Assembly (NCBI RefSeq): GCF_022985615.1
Contig: NZ_CP094965.1
Span: 120,001-152,000, forward strand
Source: Candidatus Karelsulcia muelleri
GTDB lineage: Bacteria > Bacteroidota > Bacteroidia > Flavobacteriales > Blattabacteriaceae
Reading direction: 5' to 3'
DNA length: 32,000 bases
In this document: positions 1 through 9,583 of the stretch, one piece after another
Layout of the letters: each line of letters starts with the position of its first letter
How positions within the stretch are numbered: position 1 is the stretch's first letter
Notes under the pieces: generated by a model
What the model saw: the letters and a program-made list of their open reading frames with translations, nothing else
What the model was told of the DNA's origin: nothing
Database searches by the model: none
Translations under genes and position numbers: made by a program

Positions 1-234
1 AAAATGGTAAGAAATTCCACAATAAAATTAAAAAGAGATAATAAAATTCTTTATGTGGGGAAATTAAATTCTTTGAAAACTTTTAAAAAAGATGTCAATG
101 TAGTAAAAAAAGGTTCTGAATGTGGAATAAATATTAAAAATTTTAATAATATAAAAATAGGAGATATTATAGAATCATATAAGGATTTAGGAGGGAGTTG
201 GAGAATGGGAGGAGAATCTAAGGTAATTTATTGA
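1..234 (+). CDS. infB: Translation initiation factor IF-2, C-terminal end only (5' end outside window)
   Basis: ORF open from window start; ...GKLNSLKTFKKDVNVVKKGSECGINIKNFNNIKIGDIIESYK matches the conserved IF-2 C-terminus; short atypical tail after it. Confidence 0.9.
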   Translation, partial: KMVRNSTIKLKRDNKILYVGKLNSLKTFKKDVNVVKKGSECGINIKNFNNIKIGDIIESYKDLGGSWRMGGESKVIY

Positions 235-442
235 TATAAATCTGTATTTTTCTTTTTAATCTATTGGCTTTATTTTTATGTATAATTTTTTTTTTTGCTA
301 ATTTATCTATTAAGGATGAAGTTAAACTAAATTTTAGTTGTGCTATTTTTTTATCTTTTACTGATTTATTCTTTTTAATTGCAGTTTTTGTGGATTTAAA
401 AAAATATTTGTTGATTTTGGGAATTTTTTTATGTGAACCCAT
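218..442 (-). CDS. rpsT: 30S ribosomal protein S20
   Basis: MGSHKK... N-terminus and ...SLIDKLAKKKIIHKNKANRLKRKI, typical S20 C-terminal motif; overlaps the infB 3' end convergently by 17 bp. Confidence 0.85.
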   Translation of the reverse strand: MGSHKKIPKINKYFFKSTKTAIKKNKSVKDKKIAQLKFSLTSSLIDKLAKKKIIHKNKANRLKRKIQIYINKLP

Positions 443-459
443 TCTTTCTTATTTTAAGA

Positions 460-531
460 TAGCCCATAGGGGAATTGAACCCCTCTTTTCAGAATGAAAA
501 TCTGATGTCCTAACCAATAGACGAATGGGCC
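460..531 (-). tRNA. tRNA-Glu (anticodon TTC)
   Basis: Minus strand GGCCCAT TC GTCT...GGAC, anticodon arm TCAGA-TTTTCAT-TCTGA, T arm AGGGG-TTCAATT-CCCCT, acceptor ATGGGCT. Confidence 0.92.
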
Positions 532-537
532 CTTTTT

Positions 538-816
538 TTAAATCTTTTTAACTCCATTTAAGAAATGTTTTTTGTAAAACACTCCTTTTTTATATAAAAA
601 AGATTTAACAGTATTAGTAGGTTGTGCACCTTTTTCTAACCAATATATAGCTTTCTCTACATTTACTTCAACAATATATGGATTTTGAACGGGATTGTAA
701 ATTCCGATTTTTTCAATGAATTTTCCATCTCTAGGAGAATTGGAATTAGCTATTACAATTGAATAAAAAGGTTGTTTTTTTTTTCCTTTTCTTTGTAGAC
801 GGATTCTAAGAGACAT
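538..816 (-). CDS. rpsP: 30S ribosomal protein S16
   Basis: MSLRIRLQRKGKKKQPFYSIVIANSNSPRDGKFIEKIGIYNP motif. Confidence 0.95.
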   Translation of the reverse strand: MSLRIRLQRKGKKKQPFYSIVIANSNSPRDGKFIEKIGIYNPVQNPYIVEVNVEKAIYWLEKGAQPTNTVKSFLYKKGVFYKKHFLNGVKKI

Positions 817-895
817 AAATTGAATTGAGTAAATAAAGTATATATAACAAAATATACTTATATTGTAAAAAAAAACCTTTATATTTAATGTTAAA

Positions 896-966
896 AGATT
901 CGTAGTGTAATGGTAGCACAGCAGATTTTGGTTCTGTTAGTTAGGGTTCAAATCCCTGCGAATCTG
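896..966 (+). tRNA. tRNA-Gln (anticodon TTG)
   Basis: AGATTCG...CGAATCT acceptor, anticodon arm GCAGA-TTTTGGT-TCTGT, T arm TAGGG-TTCAAAT-CCCTG. Confidence 0.9.
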
Positions 967-1223
967 AAGAATCGAATATGAAGTAAAGAATGTAAAGAAT
1001 CATCTTCTAGAATCTGTATCTTCTAGAATCTAAATCTAAAACCCGTCAAAGAAGAAATAGCAAAAAGATCGAGATTATTAATCTATATAAAGATAAACAA
1101 TTTCATGTTTATCATAGAGGAATTTTAATTGATAAAACGATTTATTAGAAAGGGAGAGTCTTTAAAAGAAAGACTAATGACTGTAATAGCAATAATTAAT
1201 AATTATAATTAATAAAATTATAA

Positions 1224-1705
1224 TTAATAATTATTTTTAGCAGAATTTATTATTTTTTCTTTACTCGGGTACCAAAGTTTAATTAAGTTTTTGGCATAAG
1301 GAGCTGGAGTATCTTCTAAAGTAATTCTTTTGATTGGAGCATCTAAGTAATCAAAAGCATATTTTTGTACTAAATAAGTAATTTCAGATGAAATAGAACA
1401 AAATGGCCAAGCTTCTTCTAGAATAATTAATCTATTAGTATTGTTTTAATGATTACATCATTAATAGCTGATTTTAAAAGCCCTTTAGCATCATATGCAT
1501 TAGATGGAACTACTACTTTTAATCCAGGACAATGAGCATACAAATTCTCTAAAGATTGTGAATGTGTAGCACCCAATTGACCAGCAAATCCTGTAGGGCA
1601 TCGAAATACTATTGGTAGTTGACCTCCACTCATTTGTCGGATTTTAGCAGCATTATTTATTATTTGATCTATAGCTACTAATGAAAAAAGTCATAAATTA
1701 ATTTT
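1224..1705 (-). pseudogene. pdhB: Pyruvate dehydrogenase E1 beta subunit remnant (N-terminal and internal deletions, frameshifts)
   Basis: Frame 1: ...[76 protein letters not shown] then stop; frame 2: [53 protein letters not shown]... to TAA at 1224; the intervening ~80-90 aa of E1 beta and the N-terminus are missing. Confidence 0.88.
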
Positions 1706-1720
1706 TTTTATCTTTGACTT

Positions 1721-2647
1721 TTAATATAAGAAAGAAATTAATTTTCGAAATTTAGAGGTATGTCTTAGTCTTTTTAAAGTATGGATTTCGATTTGTCTAC
1801 ATCTTTCACGAGTTAATTTTAAGATTTTAGCTATTTCTTCTAATGAATGAGGGTAACATCCTAGACCAAAATGAAGTTTAATAATTTTAGCTTCTCTCTC
1901 GGGTAGAGTTTTTAAAACGGATTGGATTTCTTCTTTAAGGGAATCCAATTCTAATTTTTCTTCTGCATTTTCACAATTTTTATTTGTTAAAATTTCATAC
2001 CAGTTAACTGGTTCTTCTTCTTCATTCAATGGAGCATCTAAAGAAGGTAGTTTATATGAGTTTAGTAGGGCTTCATCTACTTCTTTTTCTGTACATTTTA
2101 ATGTGTCGCTTATTTCTTTTATAGTGGGTTTTATTTTGAATTTTTGTTCGAATTTTAAAATGAATTTATTTACTTTATTATAAAATGCTATCTTATTTGT
2201 TGGGCACCGTATTCCACGAGATTGTTCAGAAATAGCTTGTAATATCGATTGTCTAATCCACCAAACGCAATATGAAATGCATTTGTATCCTTTTCGTTCA
2301 TCAAATCTACATATTCCTTTTATTAATCCCATATTGCCTTCATTAATTAAATCACTAAAGCTCAATCCTTGGTTTTGATATTTTTTAGCTATAGAAACTA
2401 CAAAACGAAGGTTGGATTTTATTAATAGATCAATACATTTTTTAGCTATTTTTTTTTCATATTGAGTTGCATTTTCATTATATCCCCTTCTAATTTTTCT
2501 AGCCAAAATTATTTCTTCTTTATAAGATAATAATTTAATTTTTACTATTTCCTCTAAGTATTTTTCAATAGTTTCTTCATCTAAATTTTTGTATAATTTC
2601 TGTTTTTTCTTTTGGATCTGAGGTCTCATAGGTTTGTTTAATATCAT
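1721..2647 (-). CDS. rpoD: RNA polymerase primary sigma factor (sigma-70)
   Basis: Sigma region 2 (SFSDLINEGNMGLIKGICRFDERKGYK...WWIRQSI), region 3 and region 4 (LPEREAKIIKLHFG...TRERCRQIEIHTLKRLRH). Confidence 0.93.
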   Translation of the reverse strand: MILNKPMRPQIQKKKQKLYKNLDEETIEKYLEEIVKIKLLSYKEEIILARKIRRGYNENATQYEKKIAKKCIDLLIKSNLRFVVSIAKKYQNQGLSFSDLINEGNMGLIKGICRFDERKGYKCISYCVWWIRQSILQAISEQSRGIRCPTNKIAFYNKVNKFILKFEQKFKIKPTIKEISDTLKCTEKEVDEALLNSYKLPSLDAPLNEEEEPVNWYEILTNKNCENAEEKLELDSLKEEIQSVLKTLPEREAKIIKLHFGLGCYPHSLEEIAKILKLTRERCRQIEIHTLKRLRHTSKFRKLISFLY

Positions 2648-2648
2648 T

Positions 2649-4787
2649 TTAAGTATTAGTATTATTTAAGTATTTATTTGAGAATATCATTTTCCCATTT
2701 TTATTGTCTACTCCCAAATATTTTACTAAGATTATATCTCCAATTTTTAAAAAATCTTCTAATCTATCATATTTCTGAAAATTAATTTCAGAAATATGTA
2801 ATAGGCTTTCTATATGTAATAGGCTTTCTACACCTTTATAAATTTCAATAAATACTCCGAATTCTTTGATAGATCTAACTCTTGCCTTATATATATTTCC
2901 AATTTTAGGAATAAAAATCAGAGATTTTATTACTCTTACTGCTTTTTTAATTTCCTCATTTTTTTTTCCAATTATTTCAATACGTCCTAAATTATTCTTT
3001 TCCTCGATAAAAATACTTGTATTAGTTTCATGTTGAATGTCAGTAATTTTTTTTCCACCATGGCCTATCACAGTGCCTATAAAGGATTTAGGTATAGTGA
3101 AAGCATAAATTTTTGGAGCCTGAGGTTTAAGAAATAATCTAGGTTTTGGTATAGTTTTTAACATTTTGCCTAAAATAAATAATCTCCCAATTTTAGCCTT
3201 TAAAAGGATTTTGGCTAAAATTTCATGATTCAAACCTTCAACTTTCACATCCATTTGACATGCAGTAATTCCTAGTTTAGTCCCTGCTATTTTAAAATCC
3301 ATATCTCCCCAAAAATCTTCTTCTCCTAAGATATCTGATAGTACGATTTTTTCTCCAGTTGCTTTATTGATAATTAAGCCCATCGCAATTCCTGCTACTG
3401 GTCTAATAATAGGTATTCCAGCATCCATCAAGGCTAAAGTACTTGCACATACTGTAGCCATTGAAGAGGACCCATTAGATTCTAAGACATCTGCTACTAT
3501 TCTTATAGTATATGGATTATTACTTGGCAGTATATTCTTTAAAGCTCTTTGAGCTAAATTCCCATGTCCTATTTCACGACGTGAAATACCTCTAATAATT
3601 CTTATTTCTCCTGTAGAAAAAGGTGGAAAATTATAGTGTAAATAAAATTTTTGTTGATCTTGCTCAATTACATCTTGCTCAATTACAGAATCTATTTTCT
3701 TAACGTCTGAAGAGGACCCTAAAGTAATGGTAGATAAAGCTTGTGTTTCACCTCTGGTAAATAAGGCGGAACCATGAACTTCAGGTAAAAAATCCACTTT
3801 ACACCAAATATCTCTTATTTTATTAAAATTACGTCCATCTAGCCTTTGTTTTTTTTTAAACATTAAATCAAGAATAATTTTCTTTTTTAATTCGTTAAAA
3901 TAATATTTTATTTCATTTTCACTGTCCTTAGGCATTTTTTGTTTTACTTTTTTTAATAAAGTTTCTAATTTTTCATTTCTTTTTTGTTTATTATAAAATT
4001 TATTATAAAGTTTTGTTATATTATATTTTATTAATTTTATTATTTTATCATTAAAAAAATTTTGACCTTCTTTTTTCTTGATTATAGTTGTTTTTTTAAG
4101 TTTAATTTTTTTTCTTAATCGTTTTTGAGCTGATATTTGATATTTAATATGTTTGTGAGCATATTTTATAGCTTTTAGAAGTTCAAATTCAGAGATTTCT
4201 TTCATTTCACCTTCTATCATAATAATTGAACGGTTAGACCCACCTATAATTAACTCAAAACTTGAGTTTTTAAGTTGTTCTATTCCAGGATTTAATACAA
4301 AAGAATTATTTACTCTAATTATTCTTACTATTGAAACTGGTTCTGTAAAAGGGATTTTAGAAATATATAATGCAGAAGAAGCTGCGAGACAGGCTAAAAC
4401 ATCTGGTAATATCTTTTTATCATAAGATAAAAGAGAAATCATAATTTGAATATCTTTATAGAAGTTTTTGGGAAAAATGGGTCGTAATACACGGTCTATA
4501 AGTCTCATCGTCATTATTTCTTCTTCTGTACATCTGCCTTCTCTTTTAAGATATCTCCCCGGAATTTTACCTATCGCTGAATATTTTTCTCTATAATCTA
4601 TTGTAAGTGGTAGAAAATTTACACCTTCTTTTTCTTCTTTTGAAATTACTACTGTAGCCAATAAAATTGTATTTCCCATTCTGATTATAACTGAACCATT
4701 AGCTTGCTTGGCTAATTGGCCAGTTTCAATATTTATATATTTTCCATCATTTAAAAATATTTTTTCTTTTATTAATTTTGTAATCAT
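2649..4787 (-). CDS. pnp: Polyribonucleotide nucleotidyltransferase
   Basis: Two RNase PH-type domains, KH (IGTVIGHGGKKITDIQ) and S1 domain (RVRSIKEFGVFIEI); adjacent to rpsO. Confidence 0.95.
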   Translation of the reverse strand: MITKLIKEKIFLNDGKYINIETGQLAKQANGSVIIRMGNTILLATVVISKEEKEGVNFLPLTIDYREKYSAIGKIPGRYLKREGRCTEEEIMTMRLIDRVLRPIFPKNFYKDIQIMISLLSYDKKILPDVLACLAASSALYISKIPFTEPVSIVRIIRVNNSFVLNPGIEQLKNSSFELIIGGSNRSIIMIEGEMKEISEFELLKAIKYAHKHIKYQISAQKRLRKKIKLKKTTIIKKKEGQNFFNDKIIKLIKYNITKLYNKFYNKQKRNEKLETLLKKVKQKMPKDSENEIKYYFNELKKKIILDLMFKKKQRLDGRNFNKIRDIWCKVDFLPEVHGSALFTRGETQALSTITLGSSSDVKKIDSVIEQDVIEQDQQKFYLHYNFPPFSTGEIRIIRGISRREIGHGNLAQRALKNILPSNNPYTIRIVADVLESNGSSSMATVCASTLALMDAGIPIIRPVAGIAMGLIINKATGEKIVLSDILGEEDFWGDMDFKIAGTKLGITACQMDVKVEGLNHEILAKILLKAKIGRLFILGKMLKTIPKPRLFLKPQAPKIYAFTIPKSFIGTVIGHGGKKITDIQHETNTSIFIEEKNNLGRIEIIGKKNEEIKKAVRVIKSLIFIPKIGNIYKARVRSIKEFGVFIEIYKGVESLLHIESLLHISEINFQKYDRLEDFLKIGDIILVKYLGVDNKNGKMIFSNKYLNNTNT

Positions 4788-4789
4788 AT

Positions 4790-4966
4790 TTATTTTTTTT
4801 TTAGCAATGATTTAATCATTTGTTTTTTTTTAGTAACTTGTTTAATTAAAATTCTATAACTATTATAATCGTGTTGATTTTGTTTTAAATGATTAGTAAT
4901 TCTTTTTATCTTTTTATTTAAGTATAATAGTTGTGCTAGATTGGAACCAGTATCTAATTTTTTCAT
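4790..4966 (-). CDS. rpsO: 30S ribosomal protein S15, short and divergent (58 aa; possibly decaying)
   Basis: Translated manually: MKKLDTGSNLAQLLYLNKKIKRITNHLKQNQHDYNSYRILIKQVTKKKQMIKSLLKKK; DTGS...Q...L..KI..IT.HLK motif of S15 and the classical rpsO-pnp arrangement; below the ORF-track cut-off. Confidence 0.75.
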   Translation of the reverse strand: MKKLDTGSNLAQLLYLNKKIKRITNHLKQNQHDYNSYRILIKQVTKKKQMIKSLLKKK

Positions 4967-5009
4967 TTATAATATTTTCTTGTATAAGAATATAAGAAAT
5001 AAATAGAAA

Positions 5010-5267
5010 ATGAAAAAAGGAATACATCCAAAAAATTATAGAATTGTAGTATTTCAAGATATAGCAAGCAAAAAGAAAATATTTTGTAAATCAACAGTAG
5101 AAACTAAAAATGTTATAAAAATTAAAAATAAAGTTTATCCTTTATATAAAATGGAAGTTTCTAGCTTCTCGCATCCAACTTATATTGGTAAACTAAAATA
5201 TATTAATAAAGCCGGTAGAATAGAAAAGTTTAATTCTAGATATAGCTCCTATCTGAAAAAAAGATAA
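5010..5267 (+). CDS. rpmE2: 50S ribosomal protein L31 type B
   Basis: MKKGIHPKNYRIVVFQDIAS...SFSHPTYIGK...GRIEKFNSRY. Confidence 0.93.
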   Translation: MKKGIHPKNYRIVVFQDIASKKKIFCKSTVETKNVIKIKNKVYPLYKMEVSSFSHPTYIGKLKYINKAGRIEKFNSRYSSYLKKR

Positions 5268-5271
5268 TATG

Positions 5272-6276
5272 CTAAGGTTTGATCGAAAATTTATCGAATA
5301 AATTTCGTTCATATTTTAATTTACCAACTAGAGCAATCATAGCTGCATTATCACTTGAAAATTCAAGTTGTGGAAAAAAAGTTTTCCAGTTATTTTCTAG
5401 AGATTTTTTGCTAAAAAATTTTTTTAATCCAAGATTTGATGAAATTCCTCCAGAAAAAACTATATTTTTTATTCCAGTTTTTTTAACAGTTTGATTTAAT
5501 TTATCAAATAATATCTCAAAAACAGTTTCTTGAAAAGAAGCACAGATATCATTAATATTTTGGGAAATAAATTTACTATTTTTTTTAATTTTCTTTTTCA
5601 AGAAATATAAAAAATTAGTTTGTAACCCACTAAAACTAAAATTTAACTTTTTGGCTTTAGGTTTATTAAAAAAAAAGGTTTTCGAATTCCCTAATTGAGC
5701 ATATTTATCTATAATTCTCCCTCCTGGATATTTAAATCCAAGTCTTTTAGCCATATTATCAAAGAGATTTCCTAAAGAAATATCGTTAGAACTACCTAAA
5801 ATTTTAATTTCTAAAAAATCTTTTACTTTTATTATATTAGTATGTCCACCACTTATAGATAAAGAAATAAATGGAAAATTAGGGGGAGTAGAATGTACTC
5901 CTTTAATAAAATGAGCTAAAATATGAGCTTGAATATGATTGACAGAAATTAATGGAATTTGCCAGCACATAGCTAATGATTTTGCAAAAGCACTGCCAAC
6001 TAATAAAGAACCAATTAAACCTGGGAAATTAGTAAATGCGATAGCATTAATAGCATTATTTTTAATTTTTGCCTTTAAAATAGCATTATTAACTACAGAA
6101 ACTATATGCTGAAGATGCAAACTGGCAGCTAGTTCAGGGACCACACCACCAAATTTTTGATGAATTTTTTGAGTTCTTACAATATTTGATAAAACGGTGT
6201 TGTTATTTATAATTGCAGCACAAGTATCATCACAAGAAGTATCTATACCTAAAATAATTAAATTCTTTTTTTTCAT
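5272..6276 (-). CDS. tsaD: tRNA N6-adenosine threonylcarbamoyltransferase
   Basis: ILGIDTSCDDTCAAI, GGVVPELAASLHLQHI, NHIQAHI, SGGHTNI, FSGGISSNLGL motifs. Confidence 0.95.
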   Translation of the reverse strand: MKKKNLIILGIDTSCDDTCAAIINNNTVLSNIVRTQKIHQKFGGVVPELAASLHLQHIVSVVNNAILKAKIKNNAINAIAFTNFPGLIGSLLVGSAFAKSLAMCWQIPLISVNHIQAHILAHFIKGVHSTPPNFPFISLSISGGHTNIIKVKDFLEIKILGSSNDISLGNLFDNMAKRLGFKYPGGRIIDKYAQLGNSKTFFFNKPKAKKLNFSFSGLQTNFLYFLKKKIKKNSKFISQNINDICASFQETVFEILFDKLNQTVKKTGIKNIVFSGGISSNLGLKKFFSKKSLENNWKTFFPQLEFSSDNAAMIALVGKLKYERNLFDKFSIKP

Positions 6277-6320
6277 GGTAAAAAGATTACTTTTGTACTT
6301 AAAGACAGTTCAGTTCTATA

Positions 6321-6695
6321 ATGCCTACAATTCAACAATTAATAAAAAAAGGTAGAAAAAAAAGAAAAAATACAAGTAAATCTTTAGCCTTAAATCATTG
6401 TCCACAACGTAGAGGAGTATGTCTTAGAGTATATACAACTACACCAAAAAAACCGAATTCTGCTATGAGAAAAGTTGCAAGAGTACGTCTAAGCAATGGA
6501 AAAGAAGTAAACGCTTATATACCTGGTGAAGGCCATAATCTTCAAGAACATTCAATAGTTTTGATAAGGGGAGGCCGAGTAAAGGATTTACCAGGAGTAC
6601 GTTATCATATAATTAGAGGAGCTTTGGACACTTTAGGAGTTAAAGATAGAAAGAAATCCCGTTCAAAATATGGAACAAAAAAGAAAAGTAAATAA
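6321..6695 (+). CDS. rpsL: 30S ribosomal protein S12
   Basis: [14 protein letters not shown]...[21 protein letters not shown]...[14 protein letters not shown]. Confidence 0.97.
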   Translation: MPTIQQLIKKGRKKRKNTSKSLALNHCPQRRGVCLRVYTTTPKKPNSAMRKVARVRLSNGKEVNAYIPGEGHNLQEHSIVLIRGGRVKDLPGVRYHIIRGALDTLGVKDRKKSRSKYGTKKKSK

Positions 6696-7165
6696 TGAGA
6701 AAATTAAAAAAAAAAAAAATAATATACGAACCAGATCCAAAATTTAAAGAACCATTAGTTACAAGATTTGTGAATCATTTAATGAAACATGGTAAAAAAA
6801 AATTAGCCTATAGAATATTTTATAATTTTATAGATGAATTAGAAAAGATCAATAATAATAAAAAAGGAATAAAAATTTGGAAAAAAGCTTTAAAAAATGT
6901 GACTCCACAAGTCTATATAAGAAGTAAACGGATAGGAGGGACAAAAATAAATATACCAATTATTCTACCAAAAACCTTACAATTAACTAAAGCTATGAAA
7001 TTACTTATTAATAGTTCGAAAGAAAGAAAAGAAAAAGCAATGTATAAGAAATTAGCAGGAGAAACCTTAGCAGCTTACAAAAAAGAAGGAAGAGCAATAA
7101 AAAAAAAAGAGAATATGCATAAAATAGCTGAATCCAATAAAGCCTTTTCACATATAAAATTTTAA
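6695..7165 (+). CDS. rpsG: 30S ribosomal protein S7
   Basis: FVNHLMKHGKKKLAYRI...S7 family; follows rpsL. Confidence 0.95.
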   Translation: MRKLKKKKIIYEPDPKFKEPLVTRFVNHLMKHGKKKLAYRIFYNFIDELEKINNNKKGIKIWKKALKNVTPQVYIRSKRIGGTKINIPIILPKTLQLTKAMKLLINSSKERKEKAMYKKLAGETLAAYKKEGRAIKKKENMHKIAESNKAFSHIKF

Positions 7166-7202
7166 AAAACATCACATATAAAATTTTAAAAAACAAAATA
7201 AA

Positions 7203-9287
7203 ATGGGAACAAAGTTAAAATATACAAGAAATATTGGCTTTGCTGCTCATATAGATGCTGGTAAAACCACTACGACAGAAAGAATATTATTCTATACTGG
7301 AATAAATCACAAACTTGGAGAAGTTCATGAAGGGACTGCTACTATGGATTGGATGGCACAAGAACAAGAGAGAGGAATAACAATAACTTCTGCTGCTACA
7401 CGTTGTGAATGGAAAAATAATGATAAGATATATAAAATTAACATTATAGATACACCAGGTCATGTAGATTTTACGGTGGAAGTTGAAAGATCGTTAAGAA
7501 TATTAGATGGCTTGGTGATTTTATTTAGTGCAGTGGATGGGGTGGAACCCCAATCAGAAAATATTTGGTTACAAGCTGACAAATATAAAGTACCCAGAAT
7601 TTGTTTTATTAATAAAATGGATCGTCAAGGTGCAAGTTTTTTTGAAGTTTGTGATCAAATAGAAAAAGTACTAGATACTAATTGTTTGATCTTACAAATT
7701 CCTATAGGGAATGAAGAAAATTTTAAAGGAATTGTAGATATAATTTCTAATAAAGCCTTTATATGGAATGAAATTGACTTTGGCAGAACCTTAAAAGAAA
7801 TCCCAATTCCTTCGAATTTAATAAAATTGACTGAAGAATATCGTAAAAAAATGATAGAAAGGTTAGCTGAGGGTGATAGTAAACTTTTTGATAAATACTT
7901 TGATTCAAAAAACCAAATCACTGAAGAGGAGATAATAACTACTATAAAAAAACAGACCTTAAAACTGGAAATAACTCCTGTTATTTGTGGTTCAGCTTTC
8001 AAAAATAAAGGAATACAATATATTTTGGATGCAATATGCAGATTTCTGCCCTCACCGATAGAATGTAAAAAGATATACGGTTATAGTGTGAAGGAAAAAA
8101 AAAAAAAAAAGATTATTCCAAAGATTAATAACCCTTTTTCAGCTTTAGCATTTAAAATTTCTTCTGATCCTTTTGTTGGAAAATTGACTTTTTTTAGAGT
8201 ATATTCAGGAAAAATAAAATCTGGATCTTATGTTTTAAACAGTAGAACAAATAAGAAAGAAAGGATTTCAAGAATTTATCAAATGCATGCTAATAAACAA
8301 AATCCTATTAATTTAATTAAAACTGGTGATATTGGTGCAGCAGTAGGGATTAAAAATATTAAAACTGGAGATACTCTATGTGATATTAATAATCCAATTT
8401 TTTTAGAAAAGATATTTTTCCCAGATACAGTAATTGGCTTAGCTATTGAACCTAAATACAAATCAGATATAGATAAAATGAGTATGGCACTATCAAAATT
8501 AATAGTAGAAGATCCCTCATTACAAATTCGTAATGAGAAAACCACTGGACAAACAATAATTTCAGGAATGGGAGAGTTACATTTAGAGATTATTCTTGAT
8601 AGAATGAAAAGAGAATTTAACGTTGAAGTTAATAAAGGAAAGCCCCAAGTAGAATATAAAGAAATATTAACTAAAAAAGTTCTTCACAGAGAAATATATA
8701 AAAAACAAACTGGTGGAAAAGGTAAATATGCTGATATTCTATTTCAGATTGAACCAATAAAAAAAGATTTCCAAGGCTTAAAATTTGTAAACAAAGTAAA
8801 AGGAGGAAATATTCCGACAGAATTTATTCCTTCAATAGAAAAGGGATTTAAAGAATCTTTAAGAAATGGGCCTTTAGCAGGATACGAAATAGAAAAAGCT
8901 AAAATTATTTTACTTGATGGATCATATCATACAGTAGATTCCGATCAACTATCTTTTGAGTTAGTTAGTAAAATAGGGTTTAAAAATGCAGCTAAAAAAG
9001 CTAATCCATATCTTTTAGAACCTTTTATGAAGTTGGAAGTTTTTACTCCTCAAAAATATATGGGTATTATTGTTGGTGATCTTAATCGTAGAAGAGGTGT
9101 AATTCAAGGAATGGAAGATAAGCGAAAAAATGTAAAAATTATTAAAGCAGTAGTTCCACTCTCTGAAATGTTTGGATATGTCACTTCTTTAAGGACTTTA
9201 TCTTCGGGAAGAGCCACCTCAATAATGATGTTTTCTCATTATCAGAAAGCCCCTGAAAGGATTTGTAATAAAATAATATATAAATAA
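7203..9287 (+). CDS. fusA: Elongation factor G
   Basis: AHIDAGKTTTTERILFYTG, DTPGHVDFTVEVERSLR, NKMDRQGA; 694 aa. Confidence 0.97.
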   Translation: MGTKLKYTRNIGFAAHIDAGKTTTTERILFYTGINHKLGEVHEGTATMDWMAQEQERGITITSAATRCEWKNNDKIYKINIIDTPGHVDFTVEVERSLRILDGLVILFSAVDGVEPQSENIWLQADKYKVPRICFINKMDRQGASFFEVCDQIEKVLDTNCLILQIPIGNEENFKGIVDIISNKAFIWNEIDFGRTLKEIPIPSNLIKLTEEYRKKMIERLAEGDSKLFDKYFDSKNQITEEEIITTIKKQTLKLEITPVICGSAFKNKGIQYILDAICRFLPSPIECKKIYGYSVKEKKKKKIIPKINNPFSALAFKISSDPFVGKLTFFRVYSGKIKSGSYVLNSRTNKKERISRIYQMHANKQNPINLIKTGDIGAAVGIKNIKTGDTLCDINNPIFLEKIFFPDTVIGLAIEPKYKSDIDKMSMALSKLIVEDPSLQIRNEKTTGQTIISGMGELHLEIILDRMKREFNVEVNKGKPQVEYKEILTKKVLHREIYKKQTGGKGKYADILFQIEPIKKDFQGLKFVNKVKGGNIPTEFIPSIEKGFKESLRNGPLAGYEIEKAKIILLDGSYHTVDSDQLSFELVSKIGFKNAAKKANPYLLEPFMKLEVFTPQKYMGIIVGDLNRRRGVIQGMEDKRKNVKIIKAVVPLSEMFGYVTSLRTLSSGRATSIMMFSHYQKAPERICNKIIYK

Positions 9288-9289
9288 AT

Positions 9290-9583
9290 ATGTTAAATTA
9301 TAAAATTAAAATAAAAGCATTTGACGGCTATATATTAAACCTATCAGTAATAAAAATTATTAATTACATTTCAAAGCAGAATATAAAAGTTATTGGACCA
9401 ATTACCTTACCAACTAAAAAAAAAATATATACCATTTTAAGATCTCCTCATGTACATAAAAAATCAAGAGAACAATTTAAATTGTTCATCCATAAAAGAT
9501 TTTTAGTGGTATATAATGTAAAAAAGATTTTAAAACCAATTGATCTCCCTAGTGGAGTAAAATTAGAAATAAAAAAATGTTAG
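9290..9583 (+). CDS. rpsJ: 30S ribosomal protein S10
   Basis: [14 protein letters not shown]...[28 protein letters not shown]. Confidence 0.96.
   Translation: MLNYKIKIKAFDGYILNLSVIKIINYISKQNIKVIGPITLPTKKKIYTILRSPHVHKKSREQFKLFIHKRFLVVYNVKKILKPIDLPSGVKLEIKKC

Noticed and set aside
264-497. 77-aa plus-strand ORF (MALFLCIIFFFANLS...)
   Set aside because: Antisense to rpsT and running into tRNA-Glu; hydrophobic look arises from the complement of Lys-rich codons.
1003-1149. Short open frame ...KTRQRRNSKKIEIINLYKDKQFHVYHRGILIDKTIY between tRNA-Gln and the pdhB remnant
   Set aside because: No recognisable family and no clear start; cannot be supported as a gene, although it could be another remnant.
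3367-3552. 61-aa plus-strand ORF inside pnp
   Set aside because: Antisense shadow of a strongly supported gene.
5279-5494. 71-aa plus-strand ORF inside tsaD
   Set aside because: Antisense shadow ORF.
7008-7196. 62-aa minus-strand ORF over the rpsG 3' end
   Set aside because: Low-complexity Phe/Leu-rich antisense ORF; the repeated VMFFKILYV comes from a local duplication (AACATCACATATAAAATTTTAAA-like) at the rpsG end.
7655-8545. ORFs at 7655-8002 and 8279-8545 over fusA
   Set aside because: Antisense shadows of a full-length EF-G.
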